Origin: Giardia intestinalis
Lineage: Eukaryota
Strand: one strand, 5' to 3'
NCBI GenBank assembly: GCA_000002435.2
Contig: CM018790.1
Length of the DNA stretch: 64,000 nt
A program made the translations under genes and the position numbers. Positions 9,752 to 19,173 of this stretch are shown here, one piece after another (the stretch's first letter is position 1; each line of letters opens with the position of its first letter). The notes beneath the pieces are model-generated. The model worked only from the letters and a program-made list of their open reading frames with translations, made no database searches and was not told the DNA's origin.

Positions 9752-10558
9752 ATGGAGTTCACGTGCCTGTTTGGTGACCTCCTAAGACATGAGGAGCAAG
9801 CTTCGCTTCCGTCCGTTCATCCTGTGCCTGACGGTATTGTTTTTTCTTCCCGTATGGACAATTCCCTGCGCAGGGGTGCAGTTTTGGACACCCACGAGCA
9901 GGCAAAGAAGGCATCAAATTTGGTCATTAAACTTGAGGCCCGATGCGGTGGCACCCGTGCAGGGAAACAGTTTAACAGTGCTGTAACCGAGCAGCTCATT
10001 GCAGAGGCAAAGAAGGAGATTTCACAAATTAATCTATCGCGACTCAAAGATGCTCCCCAGCACTACTACTCAGGGGTATTGAGTCTACTTAATCAGCGTC
10101 TTCAGACAGCAGTAGCCAAATACATGATGCGAACTGCTGAGCGGTCCACATCAGCACTGCCCCCAGCGGCTCGTATGACCCTGACTAACGTTAGCGGTTC
10201 TCCCTCCTCGATCAATGTGTCACGAGCACACCCTGAGGGGCTAATGATGGAACAAACTCTTTATCCCAGCCTCACCTTAATCGACCATTCACAGCAGGCA
10301 AGCGCTCAAAGCGTCACTCAAACACTTCATGAGGTTCAACAAATTTACAAGCACATTGCTGCAACAGTTCAACACGATGGGGAGCGCATCTTTGGTCTTC
10401 ATGAAACGATTGATAATTCGGCGGGGTTTATGGATAGGGCGAATGGGTACGTGCAGAAGACATATGCCTTGTCCCGACGTTACCACAATTGCATAGTGTT
10501 GGTTTTGCTAATCATCCTTGCGTGGATTATCATCCGCGGGGCAATAAGGCGGATCTAG
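9752..10558 (+). CDS. Tail-anchored Q-SNARE (syntaxin-like) protein
   Basis: A heptad SNARE-like motif with a central glutamine (IAATVQHDGERIFGLHETIDNSAGFMDRANGYVQKT) sits directly before a single C-terminal TM anchor (CIVLVLLIILAWIIIRG). The N-terminal helical region is consistent with an Habc-like domain. Confidence 0.55.
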   Translation: MEFTCLFGDLLRHEEQASLPSVHPVPDGIVFSSRMDNSLRRGAVLDTHEQAKKASNLVIKLEARCGGTRAGKQFNSAVTEQLIAEAKKEISQINLSRLKDAPQHYYSGVLSLLNQRLQTAVAKYMMRTAERSTSALPPAARMTLTNVSGSPSSINVSRAHPEGLMMEQTLYPSLTLIDHSQQASAQSVTQTLHEVQQIYKHIAATVQHDGERIFGLHETIDNSAGFMDRANGYVQKTYALSRRYHNCIVLVLLIILAWIIIRGAIRRI

Positions 10559-10618
10559 TGTGCTCCATCGCGGCTGTACTCTTTACTTGGCTCAACGCTT
10601 TCAATTCGTAAAAAAAGA

Positions 10619-13600
10619 ATGGAGCATGCACAATCAAATCCCACTGCATCGGCGCCTTTGCTGGATGTCAGTTATGAGTTTACACACGCAGATGTGCTAA
10701 GCTGCTTAGAAGACACAAACTCCCCCGTTCCAGAGTTTTCAACCAAGACCCAGTACACATCGTTCCGTGATGCGTTGGCAGGTATTTTTAGCAACTTTAG
10801 CATAGAAATTTATACAGAGGTATCTAATCACTTTGGATTTGAGGGCGTCTCTGATTACGATCTGACGTCTGTGGCAAACTCTGAATGTCATCTCTCCGTC
10901 ATTCAGCCACAGGCTCCATCGCCCTCTTTCCTGAAAGACGCCACACAGTCGGGAAACTTTCCCGGTGTGGTGGAGCTTTTGAAAATGAGCCTCCGAGTCT
11001 ACGTCGATGAAATAGAAGGAGTCATCAAGGGAGCCTGCATGATCTCTGATAGCGACCCTTTACTCATCAGTCAATCGTTTGCAGTCCTGCTGGCAGTGTG
11101 GAACGATCTGCGCACTAAACTGGCTAACACAAGCACGCTTTTCGCCGGATACGGGCTCCCCCTTAACACGGTGAGGGATACCTTTATCGATGCACTTACT
11201 ACTGACCTCATTAATGAAGAGCGTGCAAAGAAGATCATCTCCCTGATCATCAATGGGATATCTACATATCTGCTAGGGAGTGAGCAGCCTCACATTCTTT
11301 CTCTGCGGGCTATGATCAGCTTTGTTGGTGCTGTTCACTCTCAGTATATTGACGAATTGGTGGATAAGCTTATACCATCAGTAGTGGCGATTTTGCGAGG
11401 CAAGTTGAACGGACTTCTCACCAACAAACAGGGCAGCCAAAAGGCATCCTTGGAACTATTGCATAGCATCCAGGCTAGGATTAAACCGGCACTGAGCAGG
11501 GGATTATTGCACAACCTTAGTCTGTCCACGTCTGATTGTTCTTACGATTCAGAAGAAGAGACAGATAGTGAAGGCGGAGATGACCTCCAGGAGGACGACA
11601 CATGCAAGGCACAGCCAGGTGTGCCTTCAGATGGATCTGCTAATGTGACGAATACAGAAATCAGTGTCCCTATTGGTTCAACTGATAACGCGGATGATGC
11701 AAATGACTCTTTGTTGATACGGCATCATGCTCCCGTGATGAATAGTGATATTTGTGTTGCAATCCTCTCTGTAATATCTTCCCTCAACGAGTTCACAGAG
11801 GTATTAGCATACCTGCTTCAAGTGACTTATGTGGAATTGCCAACAAAAGTCACTACGGCCATGCGCTGTATGCAGAGAAATAGCGGACTGTTTATGCCAT
11901 CGCAGGAGTGCCTAAACATTTTAGAGGTACAGTCCAATCTCTCGCACCTCCGCACAAGCCTCCTTTCTGCTGTTTTGAACGATCTGGAGCCGTTGCTGAC
12001 ATCGCCTATCCTATCCTACACTGTAATATTTAACTACTTCAATGGTGGCAAGGGGCTAATCTATCACCTTTACGTTCTAGCGTATGAGGCAGAAGAGCGC
12101 TGCGGGGCTGCTGAGGACAGTCCCCTGTCGCTAATAGATAACTTTATTACGCGATCCCTCGATCTTTCTCTTAAATATGCATACAGAAACCCTGGCACAT
12201 ATTCTTTGTGTATAGATAAATTTCTAGCCAATCCATTTGTAGTAGACCAGTCTTACCTAAAGGGCAATCCTCCAACCTTTCCCGTAGCACAGGTTTTGGC
12301 TGTCAATCTCATTTATCTCAACTCTGTTTCTGAGGACATTCAAGAAACACTCAGGTATCTCCTCTCAAACTCTCTTCTGGTGACTTTACGTAAAATGCAG
12401 AGCAACTTATCGAGTGGGAAGGTGTATGAACTTGAAAACCCCAGTCTAAAAGCCCACGTCTACACTGCCGCGTACGTCGACACCCTTTGCTGCAACTCAA
12501 ATAGCTCTGTTGCATTTGTCTCTGCCGAAGCCATTCTCGTCCTTGTGGATAGCATAATTCGGTTTATCTGCCTGTTAGAGCTAAAGCTGAAGGAGCTAGA
12601 TGAGCTTTTTTGCAACCCAGAGCCTCATGAGCAGATACGGGAATACCTGTCTCTACTGTCTTGTCCCTCTGTTCCTGGCCAACCGCTGGAGGCGCTTTTG
12701 CGGCAGATCTTTTGTCCGAGTAGCAGTTTGCGGCTTCCGCAGCTTCTTCTTTGCGCGCTACTTGCATACTGTGGTCACTCATGTAACTCCTTACTCGCTT
12801 CTAAAAACTCCGAGCCCCAGGGGCCCGTGACAACGGTCGCTGCAGCCCCCATAGGCACCTCTAATGGGATTACCTTTCGAAGTAGCACCAAGATTGCATG
12901 GGAGAAGATGCTTATTCACAAAGCTCCACCGCGGAAGCAACCTCTGTTCCATAACCTCCTTGATATTGCTGAGATGATGGGTAGGTTTTCGTGGCCTATT
13001 CTGAGCAGCTGTATGGGCTTTCTTCGGAAGAATGATGGAAGCTTGGCAGCTATAGTTTCGCGAATGATCAATCTGTCTCTGAATAGGTTCCTCTGCTTTT
13101 CTACGTCTCATGCCCTTCTTATTCTGGAGCAAGAATCATATCTAGAGTTTCGATCGTCTATACCTTCAGATGATATCTCAGACATTTGCCACAAATATCT
13201 CAATAATATTACCAGCGCATCGAGTGTTGCGCATGCTGCGAAAAACATGACAATGAGCGACACCAACTACATATTGATCAACGCTGCCTTTCAGTCTTTT
13301 CTGGATGAAACATTTATACACGTTAGCGCCGCCAGGAAAACGCCTATGCTGACAACTGATATCCAAAAGATGCTTATGGCGTTTGTGTCCGGCCACGTCA
13401 GGGTTATTTCTCCCTTGCTGAAGAGCACCCTTGAAGCAAGCGACGTGCCCCCTCTTCATGTTCTGTCCTTGTCTGGCAGCATAATCATATGCACGCGCGA
13501 AGTGGCTGACACTCTTGATTTTGTTCTTCAGAGAACACGTGTTTTCCCCGCAGACTTGGCTACCGTCCTTGGAGAAGTGTTCTCCTCTGTCTACCCACAG

Positions 13601-14164
13601 ATGATTCGCGACGGTCTTCTGGCGATGGACTCCAAGGGGTACTTGACAGTTCACTCCAGTCTGGCTAAGACGAAAAGTGCGAAGGAGCAGCTTAAAGACC
13701 TTACCAGGCAGGACCCCATTGCATCCTTTTTTAACAGAGAGCGCTGTGACTACTTCTGCTTCTCCTACGCCAATGAAGGGCCACATTACAAGCACCTCGA
13801 TTGCTACACATGGTATCACTCGTTAGATTCTGTAAGGTGCTTGCCGAGCAAGCAGGAGGTGTCTGCTGCTGACGGACAATCTGACGCGATCACAGATGCG
13901 GCGCCAACAGTCATTGTGCCACAGTCGGCTCCTCAGGCCATGGGTAAGGACATCAACACTGTCATCGCTCTTGCCAACGCGTTCATTGTTCGATTGGTCA
14001 AGACATGCGGGCCACTTAGCAGGCGGGAAATTATCGATCGCTGTGTCGAAGAGGTCAGCGGGACGTCCAACGAAACAGCCAAGTCTTCGCTGGATAATTT
14101 AATTGACATGGACTACCTCAGCTACGTGGACGGTGACTCGTCGCTCCTTGCGTATGTGATGTAG
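10619..14164 (+). CDS. Large hypothetical protein (1181 aa)
   Basis: 3.5 kb ORF starting at a true ATG in an A-rich context (aaaaaagaATGgag). No recognised motifs. Confidence 0.65.
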   Translation: MEHAQSNPTASAPLLDVSYEFTHADVLSCLEDTNSPVPEFSTKTQYTSFRDALAGIFSNFSIEIYTEVSNHFGFEGVSDYDLTSVANSECHLSVIQPQAPSPSFLKDATQSGNFPGVVELLKMSLRVYVDEIEGVIKGACMISDSDPLLISQSFAVLLAVWNDLRTKLANTSTLFAGYGLPLNTVRDTFIDALTTDLINEERAKKIISLIINGISTYLLGSEQPHILSLRAMISFVGAVHSQYIDELVDKLIPSVVAILRGKLNGLLTNKQGSQKASLELLHSIQARIKPALSRGLLHNLSLSTSDCSYDSEEETDSEGGDDLQEDDTCKAQPGVPSDGSANVTNTEISVPIGSTDNADDANDSLLIRHHAPVMNSDICVAILSVISSLNEFTEVLAYLLQVTYVELPTKVTTAMRCMQRNSGLFMPSQECLNILEVQSNLSHLRTSLLSAVLNDLEPLLTSPILSYTVIFNYFNGGKGLIYHLYVLAYEAEERCGAAEDSPLSLIDNFITRSLDLSLKYAYRNPGTYSLCIDKFLANPFVVDQSYLKGNPPTFPVAQVLAVNLIYLNSVSEDIQETLRYLLSNSLLVTLRKMQSNLSSGKVYELENPSLKAHVYTAAYVDTLCCNSNSSVAFVSAEAILVLVDSIIRFICLLELKLKELDELFCNPEPHEQIREYLSLLSCPSVPGQPLEALLRQIFCPSSSLRLPQLLLCALLAYCGHSCNSLLASKNSEPQGPVTTVAAAPIGTSNGITFRSSTKIAWEKMLIHKAPPRKQPLFHNLLDIAEMMGRFSWPILSSCMGFLRKNDGSLAAIVSRMINLSLNRFLCFSTSHALLILEQESYLEFRSSIPSDDISDICHKYLNNITSASSVAHAAKNMTMSDTNYILINAAFQSFLDETFIHVSAARKTPMLTTDIQKMLMAFVSGHVRVISPLLKSTLEASDVPPLHVLSLSGSIIICTREVADTLDFVLQRTRVFPADLATVLGEVFSSVYPQMIRDGLLAMDSKGYLTVHSSLAKTKSAKEQLKDLTRQDPIASFFNRERCDYFCFSYANEGPHYKHLDCYTWYHSLDSVRCLPSKQEVSAADGQSDAITDAAPTVIVPQSAPQAMGKDINTVIALANAFIVRLVKTCGPLSRREIIDRCVEEVSGTSNETAKSSLDNLIDMDYLSYVDGDSSLLAYVM

Positions 14165-14184
14165 ATCGTGACATCGGTACAAGC

Positions 14185-17100
14185 TCATTGCGCCTCTCCC
14201 TTATCTTGCGGAGGATCGCGCACAATGACTCCTGGAATGGATATCTCCTTCCCAAATGCTGTGATATCTGCAGAGTACTGACTAAGCTTCTGCTTTTCAC
14301 AATAGATGAGTTTCCAGTCTTCGAGAGCAGATGCGCCATTGCCAGAGCCGAAGACAGCACTTGCGTTGCTGATCTTTGGCATGACAATCTTCTTCTTTGT
14401 CTTTATCTTTGTTCCAAGACAACTATCAACAATTATATTAACAAGCCCACGAGACATCTTATCGATAAGCTTTGTTACCACCTCTGTACTGTGTTCTAGG
14501 GTTGGCGATGCATTAATTTCTACCAGCCATACCTGCAGGGCGCTGTCAATGATGAAGTCATACCCAAGCAGTTCAAAGTTGTTATCCGCTGAGGTGAGCT
14601 CGAATCGTGCCGCCTGCACGGTGGTTATTATTATTCGCGCCATGTCGTAGAGAATGCGGTCAGCTATTGTGTTGAACACGGCCTTGTCAGTGTACTGCGA
14701 GTGCTTGTAATCCTCCGCTTTGATGCGCGATTGGTTGCCGTAGAGGTCAGGTCCGTAGAGCTTGGCGTGCTCGCTGGTCTCATACTTCTGCTTATATGGA
14801 CGTGATTTAGCTTTTCTTTTGTCCGTCTCCACAGTCTCTGCATCCTCATCGTTATTTTTATTTTTATTTTCTGTTACTATTAATTTGGATTGGGATTTAG
14901 ATTGGTATCTGGATTTAGATTGATTTTGCGCACGCAAAATATCTACCATTTCGGTACCCTCTGTGCTTGTTGGTGGTGCTCTTATCTTAAAGTCTTCTGT
15001 TTGATGGTAACAGAAATACTGAGGATCCCTTTCTAGGAGGAGGTCCAACCATGGCTTGTCACCAATCATTTTATCCAGATAGTCGGAAAAACTCGTCCAG
15101 TCCCACATGTTTCCCTTACCGAGGAACTCGTCGTCCTTACCAAACTGCTCCGAGCACTTTTGAACGCTGTTGTTGCTGAGGTGGATATACGGGTTCTTCA
15201 AATCGTGTTCATCTAAGCTGTACTTTGACGAGCAAAACCTTAAGTACGGGCTCGTCCACTGAAATATTATCAGCGGGTTGATAGAGCTGACGAACACCCA
15301 CTGACGGATGTCAAACTTGTACCCGCCCAGTAGAAGGGGTGTTTCCAAGTACCGCTGTATTATGTAACGATCAGAGCTGTTGACAGCCGCTTCGTCTGGA
15401 AGCTCAAACTCACTGTCTGTTCCGCCGTGCTCGTCCAGGACTAAGAGCTTGAGGATGTCGTTAGAGCAGAAGATACCGCGACCCCTTGACTTTGCCCCAG
15501 GCTTTCCGATAAAGATATTCTGCATGGAGCTTCTGATCGACACTTGAGGTGCGTGCTGCAGATACACTCCAAGCGCGCGCACCATGTGGTGGTATTCCTG
15601 GGCAGTTGCCGCATTAGCATGTATTTCGTCAGTAGCTGCAGAATATGGATGGCTGAACTGTTCCTTTCTCCGCGAACTGAAGGAATCTGGAGCAGGAGCA
15701 GCGATGGATTCTGAGCCATTAGCAACAGGACCTGCAGTGGTAGCGGGAAACAGTGTTCCCGGTCTGGGTCTACCTTTGGGCCCAGACCCTGCTTCTCCAT
15801 CGGAGGAAAACAAGCTCTGAGGAGATATGGCGCCATAGAAGTCCGGAAGCTTGTACTGACGCGGCAGCCTGGGGAGTATAATGCCCATTTCATACTGCGT
15901 TACGGGAGGCACAACAAAGCGCGTCTTCTTATCCAACTCTAAGTCATGGTGAAGAATGGTAGACGTCAGATACAAGAGGTGTCTATAGGAGATCTGTAGC
16001 TGGTGTATACTGTACTTAAAGCAACTAGAAGGGGTTAGTTCTGTTCGCTCGTTTGTTTCGGCAGTGGAGCTCTCCCAGTCGATCATGGAATCACAGATCT
16101 TGGGGTCGCGCACCCAGTTGAAGCAAATCTTTACTACCTCAGTATTCAGAAAGTCCTCGAGGAAGTCTAGCGTCTCATCATTGGCGCTCATTAATTGCAA
16201 TTGCGCTTGGCTATTGGCGTCGGATGCATTGACTACCCGATACGATTGTGGGAAGAACCTGGTTATGTCTATATCAAAGTTGTTAGGGGACAGGGTCTTG
16301 GTCAGGCCGCTCTTCGTGGTTAGCACTTGTGAGTTAGTGAAATGGTTTGTGTACTGCCACGGATGCAACCTTGTGCGATCAATATCTGCTACTTTAATGG
16401 CAAACTTGATATTAAAGTCTGTTGGGGTGTCCTTGTCGGGGTTAACTACCCAGCCTTTGTCTAGAAAGTATTTTTTGAAGTCCACGTATCCTCCCTTGAA
16501 GATAACGATGTTCCGGGGGTGACTGGGGCCTGACGAATCGCTCGCCAGGCGGACCGTAATGTATGATAGCCTCTTTTCAAACTGCTTGAGAGTGGAGATG
16601 ACAAGGGATCCATACCGGGCCATAATAGCATTATCAGTGCTAGGCACCATAAACATGCTGAAAGAATGCTGTGCCCGTACTGTTTTGTCGGCCTTGCTCC
16701 CTGTTTCTTGTGAATTTGAGGACTTCGATGGTTTTGAGGACTTCAGTGGGTTTTTAAGCAATGGAAGATCGGGAATCTCGGCAGTGCTGCTTGTTAAGGA
16801 GGTTGGAGGGTCTTCATCAGACGTATCGTCGTATCCGTCCTCCAAGGAAATAGAAACCTTCTGAGTACAACGAATTCGCTTAACAATCGATGCATTTATC
16901 AGTCTAGCTTTTATTAGGGGATCAGTGGCCTTTGGAGCTGGATCCAGAGCCATAAAGTTTCTGGTGTAGTGTACAACAGAGCTCAATCCATAGACATACT
17001 CTCCAAAGAAAGGAACGGTACTTTCTAAGACAGGAAGAAGCTTCTGAAGCTTTGGAGAAGGTGCTTGTTTAAGCTCCTGCCCTACAGGCTTCACAATCAT

Positions 17101-17412
17101 AGGTGATCGAGAGATTGACGGTATTTCCCTGTTGGCCGCAGCCTGAGTCATGTGTGCTGCTCCATCAGCTCTTGGCCTGGAAGGCTGCAAGCGCACACTG
17201 CTCACTATCATGGAACCTGGTAGGGACGGCGAGGCCCGCAATTTGGTGCCAGACGTTGCTCGCCGCTTCTTTTTCTGCTTGTGTGGCTTGCCATGTGTTC
17301 TTGCTGTCGTATTACTGCGTCCAGGAGGAGAAGACGACCTACTACTCATCAAAACCGGAAATAATGTGATAAAGGCAGGAAGAAATTTATCACAAACGCC
17401 ATCAGCTCCCAT
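14185..17412 (-). CDS. Tubulin-tyrosine-ligase-like (TTLL) family protein, a putative tubulin polyglutamylase or glycylase, with long low-complexity extensions
   Basis: TTL-domain signatures: QYTNHFTNSQVLTTKSGLTKTL (compare NHFPG..L.RKD.L) and FELLGYDFIIDSALQVWLVEINASPTL (compare F.L.G.DF..D....PWL.EVN.SPS). ATP-grasp-like core. Confidence 0.8.
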   Translation of the reverse strand: MGADGVCDKFLPAFITLFPVLMSSRSSSPPGRSNTTARTHGKPHKQKKKRRATSGTKLRASPSLPGSMIVSSVRLQPSRPRADGAAHMTQAAANREIPSISRSPMIVKPVGQELKQAPSPKLQKLLPVLESTVPFFGEYVYGLSSVVHYTRNFMALDPAPKATDPLIKARLINASIVKRIRCTQKVSISLEDGYDDTSDEDPPTSLTSSTAEIPDLPLLKNPLKSSKPSKSSNSQETGSKADKTVRAQHSFSMFMVPSTDNAIMARYGSLVISTLKQFEKRLSYITVRLASDSSGPSHPRNIVIFKGGYVDFKKYFLDKGWVVNPDKDTPTDFNIKFAIKVADIDRTRLHPWQYTNHFTNSQVLTTKSGLTKTLSPNNFDIDITRFFPQSYRVVNASDANSQAQLQLMSANDETLDFLEDFLNTEVVKICFNWVRDPKICDSMIDWESSTAETNERTELTPSSCFKYSIHQLQISYRHLLYLTSTILHHDLELDKKTRFVVPPVTQYEMGIILPRLPRQYKLPDFYGAISPQSLFSSDGEAGSGPKGRPRPGTLFPATTAGPVANGSESIAAPAPDSFSSRRKEQFSHPYSAATDEIHANAATAQEYHHMVRALGVYLQHAPQVSIRSSMQNIFIGKPGAKSRGRGIFCSNDILKLLVLDEHGGTDSEFELPDEAAVNSSDRYIIQRYLETPLLLGGYKFDIRQWVFVSSINPLIIFQWTSPYLRFCSSKYSLDEHDLKNPYIHLSNNSVQKCSEQFGKDDEFLGKGNMWDWTSFSDYLDKMIGDKPWLDLLLERDPQYFCYHQTEDFKIRAPPTSTEGTEMVDILRAQNQSKSRYQSKSQSKLIVTENKNKNNDEDAETVETDKRKAKSRPYKQKYETSEHAKLYGPDLYGNQSRIKAEDYKHSQYTDKAVFNTIADRILYDMARIIITTVQAARFELTSADNNFELLGYDFIIDSALQVWLVEINASPTLEHSTEVVTKLIDKMSRGLVNIIVDSCLGTKIKTKKKIVMPKISNASAVFGSGNGASALEDWKLIYCEKQKLSQYSADITAFGKEISIPGVIVRDPPQDKGEAQ

Positions 17413-17548
17413 GGTGGGATCGGCGTATGCACGCTAGTGGGACCATTATGGACCACTATGCACATAGATAACGATTCCAGTTAACGACTCGCATCCCTTT
17501 CTCTTTCCAATAACAATTCTCCGGCATCTCAAAGGTTAAAAAGGCACT

Positions 17549-19171
17549 ATGGTGGTTTCCCCCCATCATCTGAAGCGCCAGCGAATACCGCGCTTTCAAC
17601 GTATAGAGCCTGTTTCAAACCGCATGGTTGTGGACTCTCTCTCCAAAACGCGCAGGTCTCGATCATACCAACGCGGCTCTATTGCGATGCCTCACCTTTA
17701 CAATAACAGGGTGTATGCTCCTCCCCGGCCAAAAGTGGAGATGATGGGGGTAGAGCCCACAACCTGTGAGATAGCTCTCATATTCATCAACAGCATATTC
17801 GCTGCATTTTCCTCCATGTATGTTAATGACTCCATAGCGCCTTTGAGTGTTTACTTGACAAAGTACTACGAAAACATAAATGATGAGCTTATTGGCTGGC
17901 TCTCATCGGTGATATTCTGCCCGTCTCTCTTCATGGCCCTTGTCATTGCGCCCTTCATAAACCGCTATGGGCCCATGAATGTCGGCATTTTTTGCCATAT
18001 CTGGTTCATAGTAACAACTATCATAATGCCCTTCATTCAACACAACTATGTGGCTCTGCTGATCATGCGTATTGTCTTTGGTTTGCTATCCGAGCCTTCA
18101 TGGCTCGTACAATCTGCGCTCATTGCAAAGTATATGCCTTCTAGATTGGAATCTCTGGGCTTTGGGGTCTGTATGAGCATCTCAACCTCAGCGAATCTAT
18201 TGGGATTTGGGTTTATCCCGCCCCTATTTTCAAAGATTGACATCCACAAAATTCAGCATCCCATAAATAGACAAGATCCATTATTTCTCGAGTTTGAAAA
18301 TAAAATCAAATTGGCCTACTGGCTCAATGTTGTCGTGTGTGTAATCTCCTTCGGTATTTATCTTGCATGCGGACTACCTCTGTTGCGCATTGACAAAGCC
18401 ATCAAAAAGATCAACCAAGAGCGCGAAGACCAGTCGCTGGCGTTTAGACCGGAGCTTCCTGTCTATATGGATAAAAAGATTTTGCCCACACTCCCCAGCA
18501 AGAGCAATCGCATACCCTTCCTATACAAATTGAAGCATGCATTTATGCTTCCTATGGACTACTGGCCGCCAAATTTAGCTTTTTCACTTCTCCTGGGGTG
18601 TGCATACGGTTGCCAGACGCTGATACTGAGTTATCTCTCTGCAAACAAGAATGGCATTTCAGAGGAAACCGTGGAATATTTTGGCATAGTCCGATCAGTC
18701 ATGAGCGTTGTCGGAGGGCCGGTTAGCGGTTTGCTGGTTGGAGCTATCGGACAGAGGCCACTTCTAACCCTCCTAGGGTATATCATGGCCATTGCAGGCT
18801 TTGTACTAACTATCTTCCTCCCTGACTGGTACAATATGATTCCAATGGCAATGATAGGGTTTGTGGACGGTGGGAGTGCAGCGTTCACCAAGAGTTTGCT
18901 CAGCAGCGTGGTGCCGTATGACCAGCTCAGCATCGCATACGCCATCGACGAGAGCCTGCTCAATCTCTGGCAGTTTGCTCTCCCGCCGATTGCCGGCCGG
19001 ATAAGTGACGTGATGAAGGAGACAGACAGCGCTGGAAAGCCAACCGAGCGGTCCTTTGGTACCCCGCTGTTTTATTCAATTGCAACAGGAATAGGCCTAA
19101 TACCCGCTGTGACTCTCGTCATCAGAGACCGGACCCGCTTTCGTGGGAAGCTGAGCCTCAGACCCGAGTAA
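17549..19171 (+). CDS. Multi-pass membrane transporter, major-facilitator-superfamily-like (540 aa)
   Basis: About 12 hydrophobic helices in a 6+6 arrangement with a central hydrophilic loop. The basic N-terminal extension suggests the true start may be an internal Met (MMGVEPTT). Confidence 0.5.
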   Translation: MVVSPHHLKRQRIPRFQRIEPVSNRMVVDSLSKTRRSRSYQRGSIAMPHLYNNRVYAPPRPKVEMMGVEPTTCEIALIFINSIFAAFSSMYVNDSIAPLSVYLTKYYENINDELIGWLSSVIFCPSLFMALVIAPFINRYGPMNVGIFCHIWFIVTTIIMPFIQHNYVALLIMRIVFGLLSEPSWLVQSALIAKYMPSRLESLGFGVCMSISTSANLLGFGFIPPLFSKIDIHKIQHPINRQDPLFLEFENKIKLAYWLNVVVCVISFGIYLACGLPLLRIDKAIKKINQEREDQSLAFRPELPVYMDKKILPTLPSKSNRIPFLYKLKHAFMLPMDYWPPNLAFSLLLGCAYGCQTLILSYLSANKNGISEETVEYFGIVRSVMSVVGGPVSGLLVGAIGQRPLLTLLGYIMAIAGFVLTIFLPDWYNMIPMAMIGFVDGGSAAFTKSLLSSVVPYDQLSIAYAIDESLLNLWQFALPPIAGRISDVMKETDSAGKPTERSFGTPLFYSIATGIGLIPAVTLVIRDRTRFRGKLSLRPE

Positions 19172-19173
19172 AT
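19167..19173 (+). terminator. Putative Giardia polyadenylation signal AGTAAAT overlapping the TAA stop of the transporter gene
   Basis: The sequence cccgAGTAAATgg matches the AGTRAAY consensus, with the stop codon embedded in it. Confidence 0.4.

Noticed and set aside
12564-13819. Minus-strand ORFs (12564..12782, 12791..13132, 13178..13819) inside the 10619..14164 gene
   Set aside because: They are antisense to a continuous 3.5 kb reading frame and have Arg/Cys/His-rich composition. They are not independent genes.
14188-14849. Plus-strand ORFs 14188..14499 and 14306..14650, and minus ORF 14664..14849, near the TTLL 3' end
   Set aside because: They overlap the well-supported TTLL coding frame, and 14664..14849 is an out-of-frame piece of it. 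They are artefacts.
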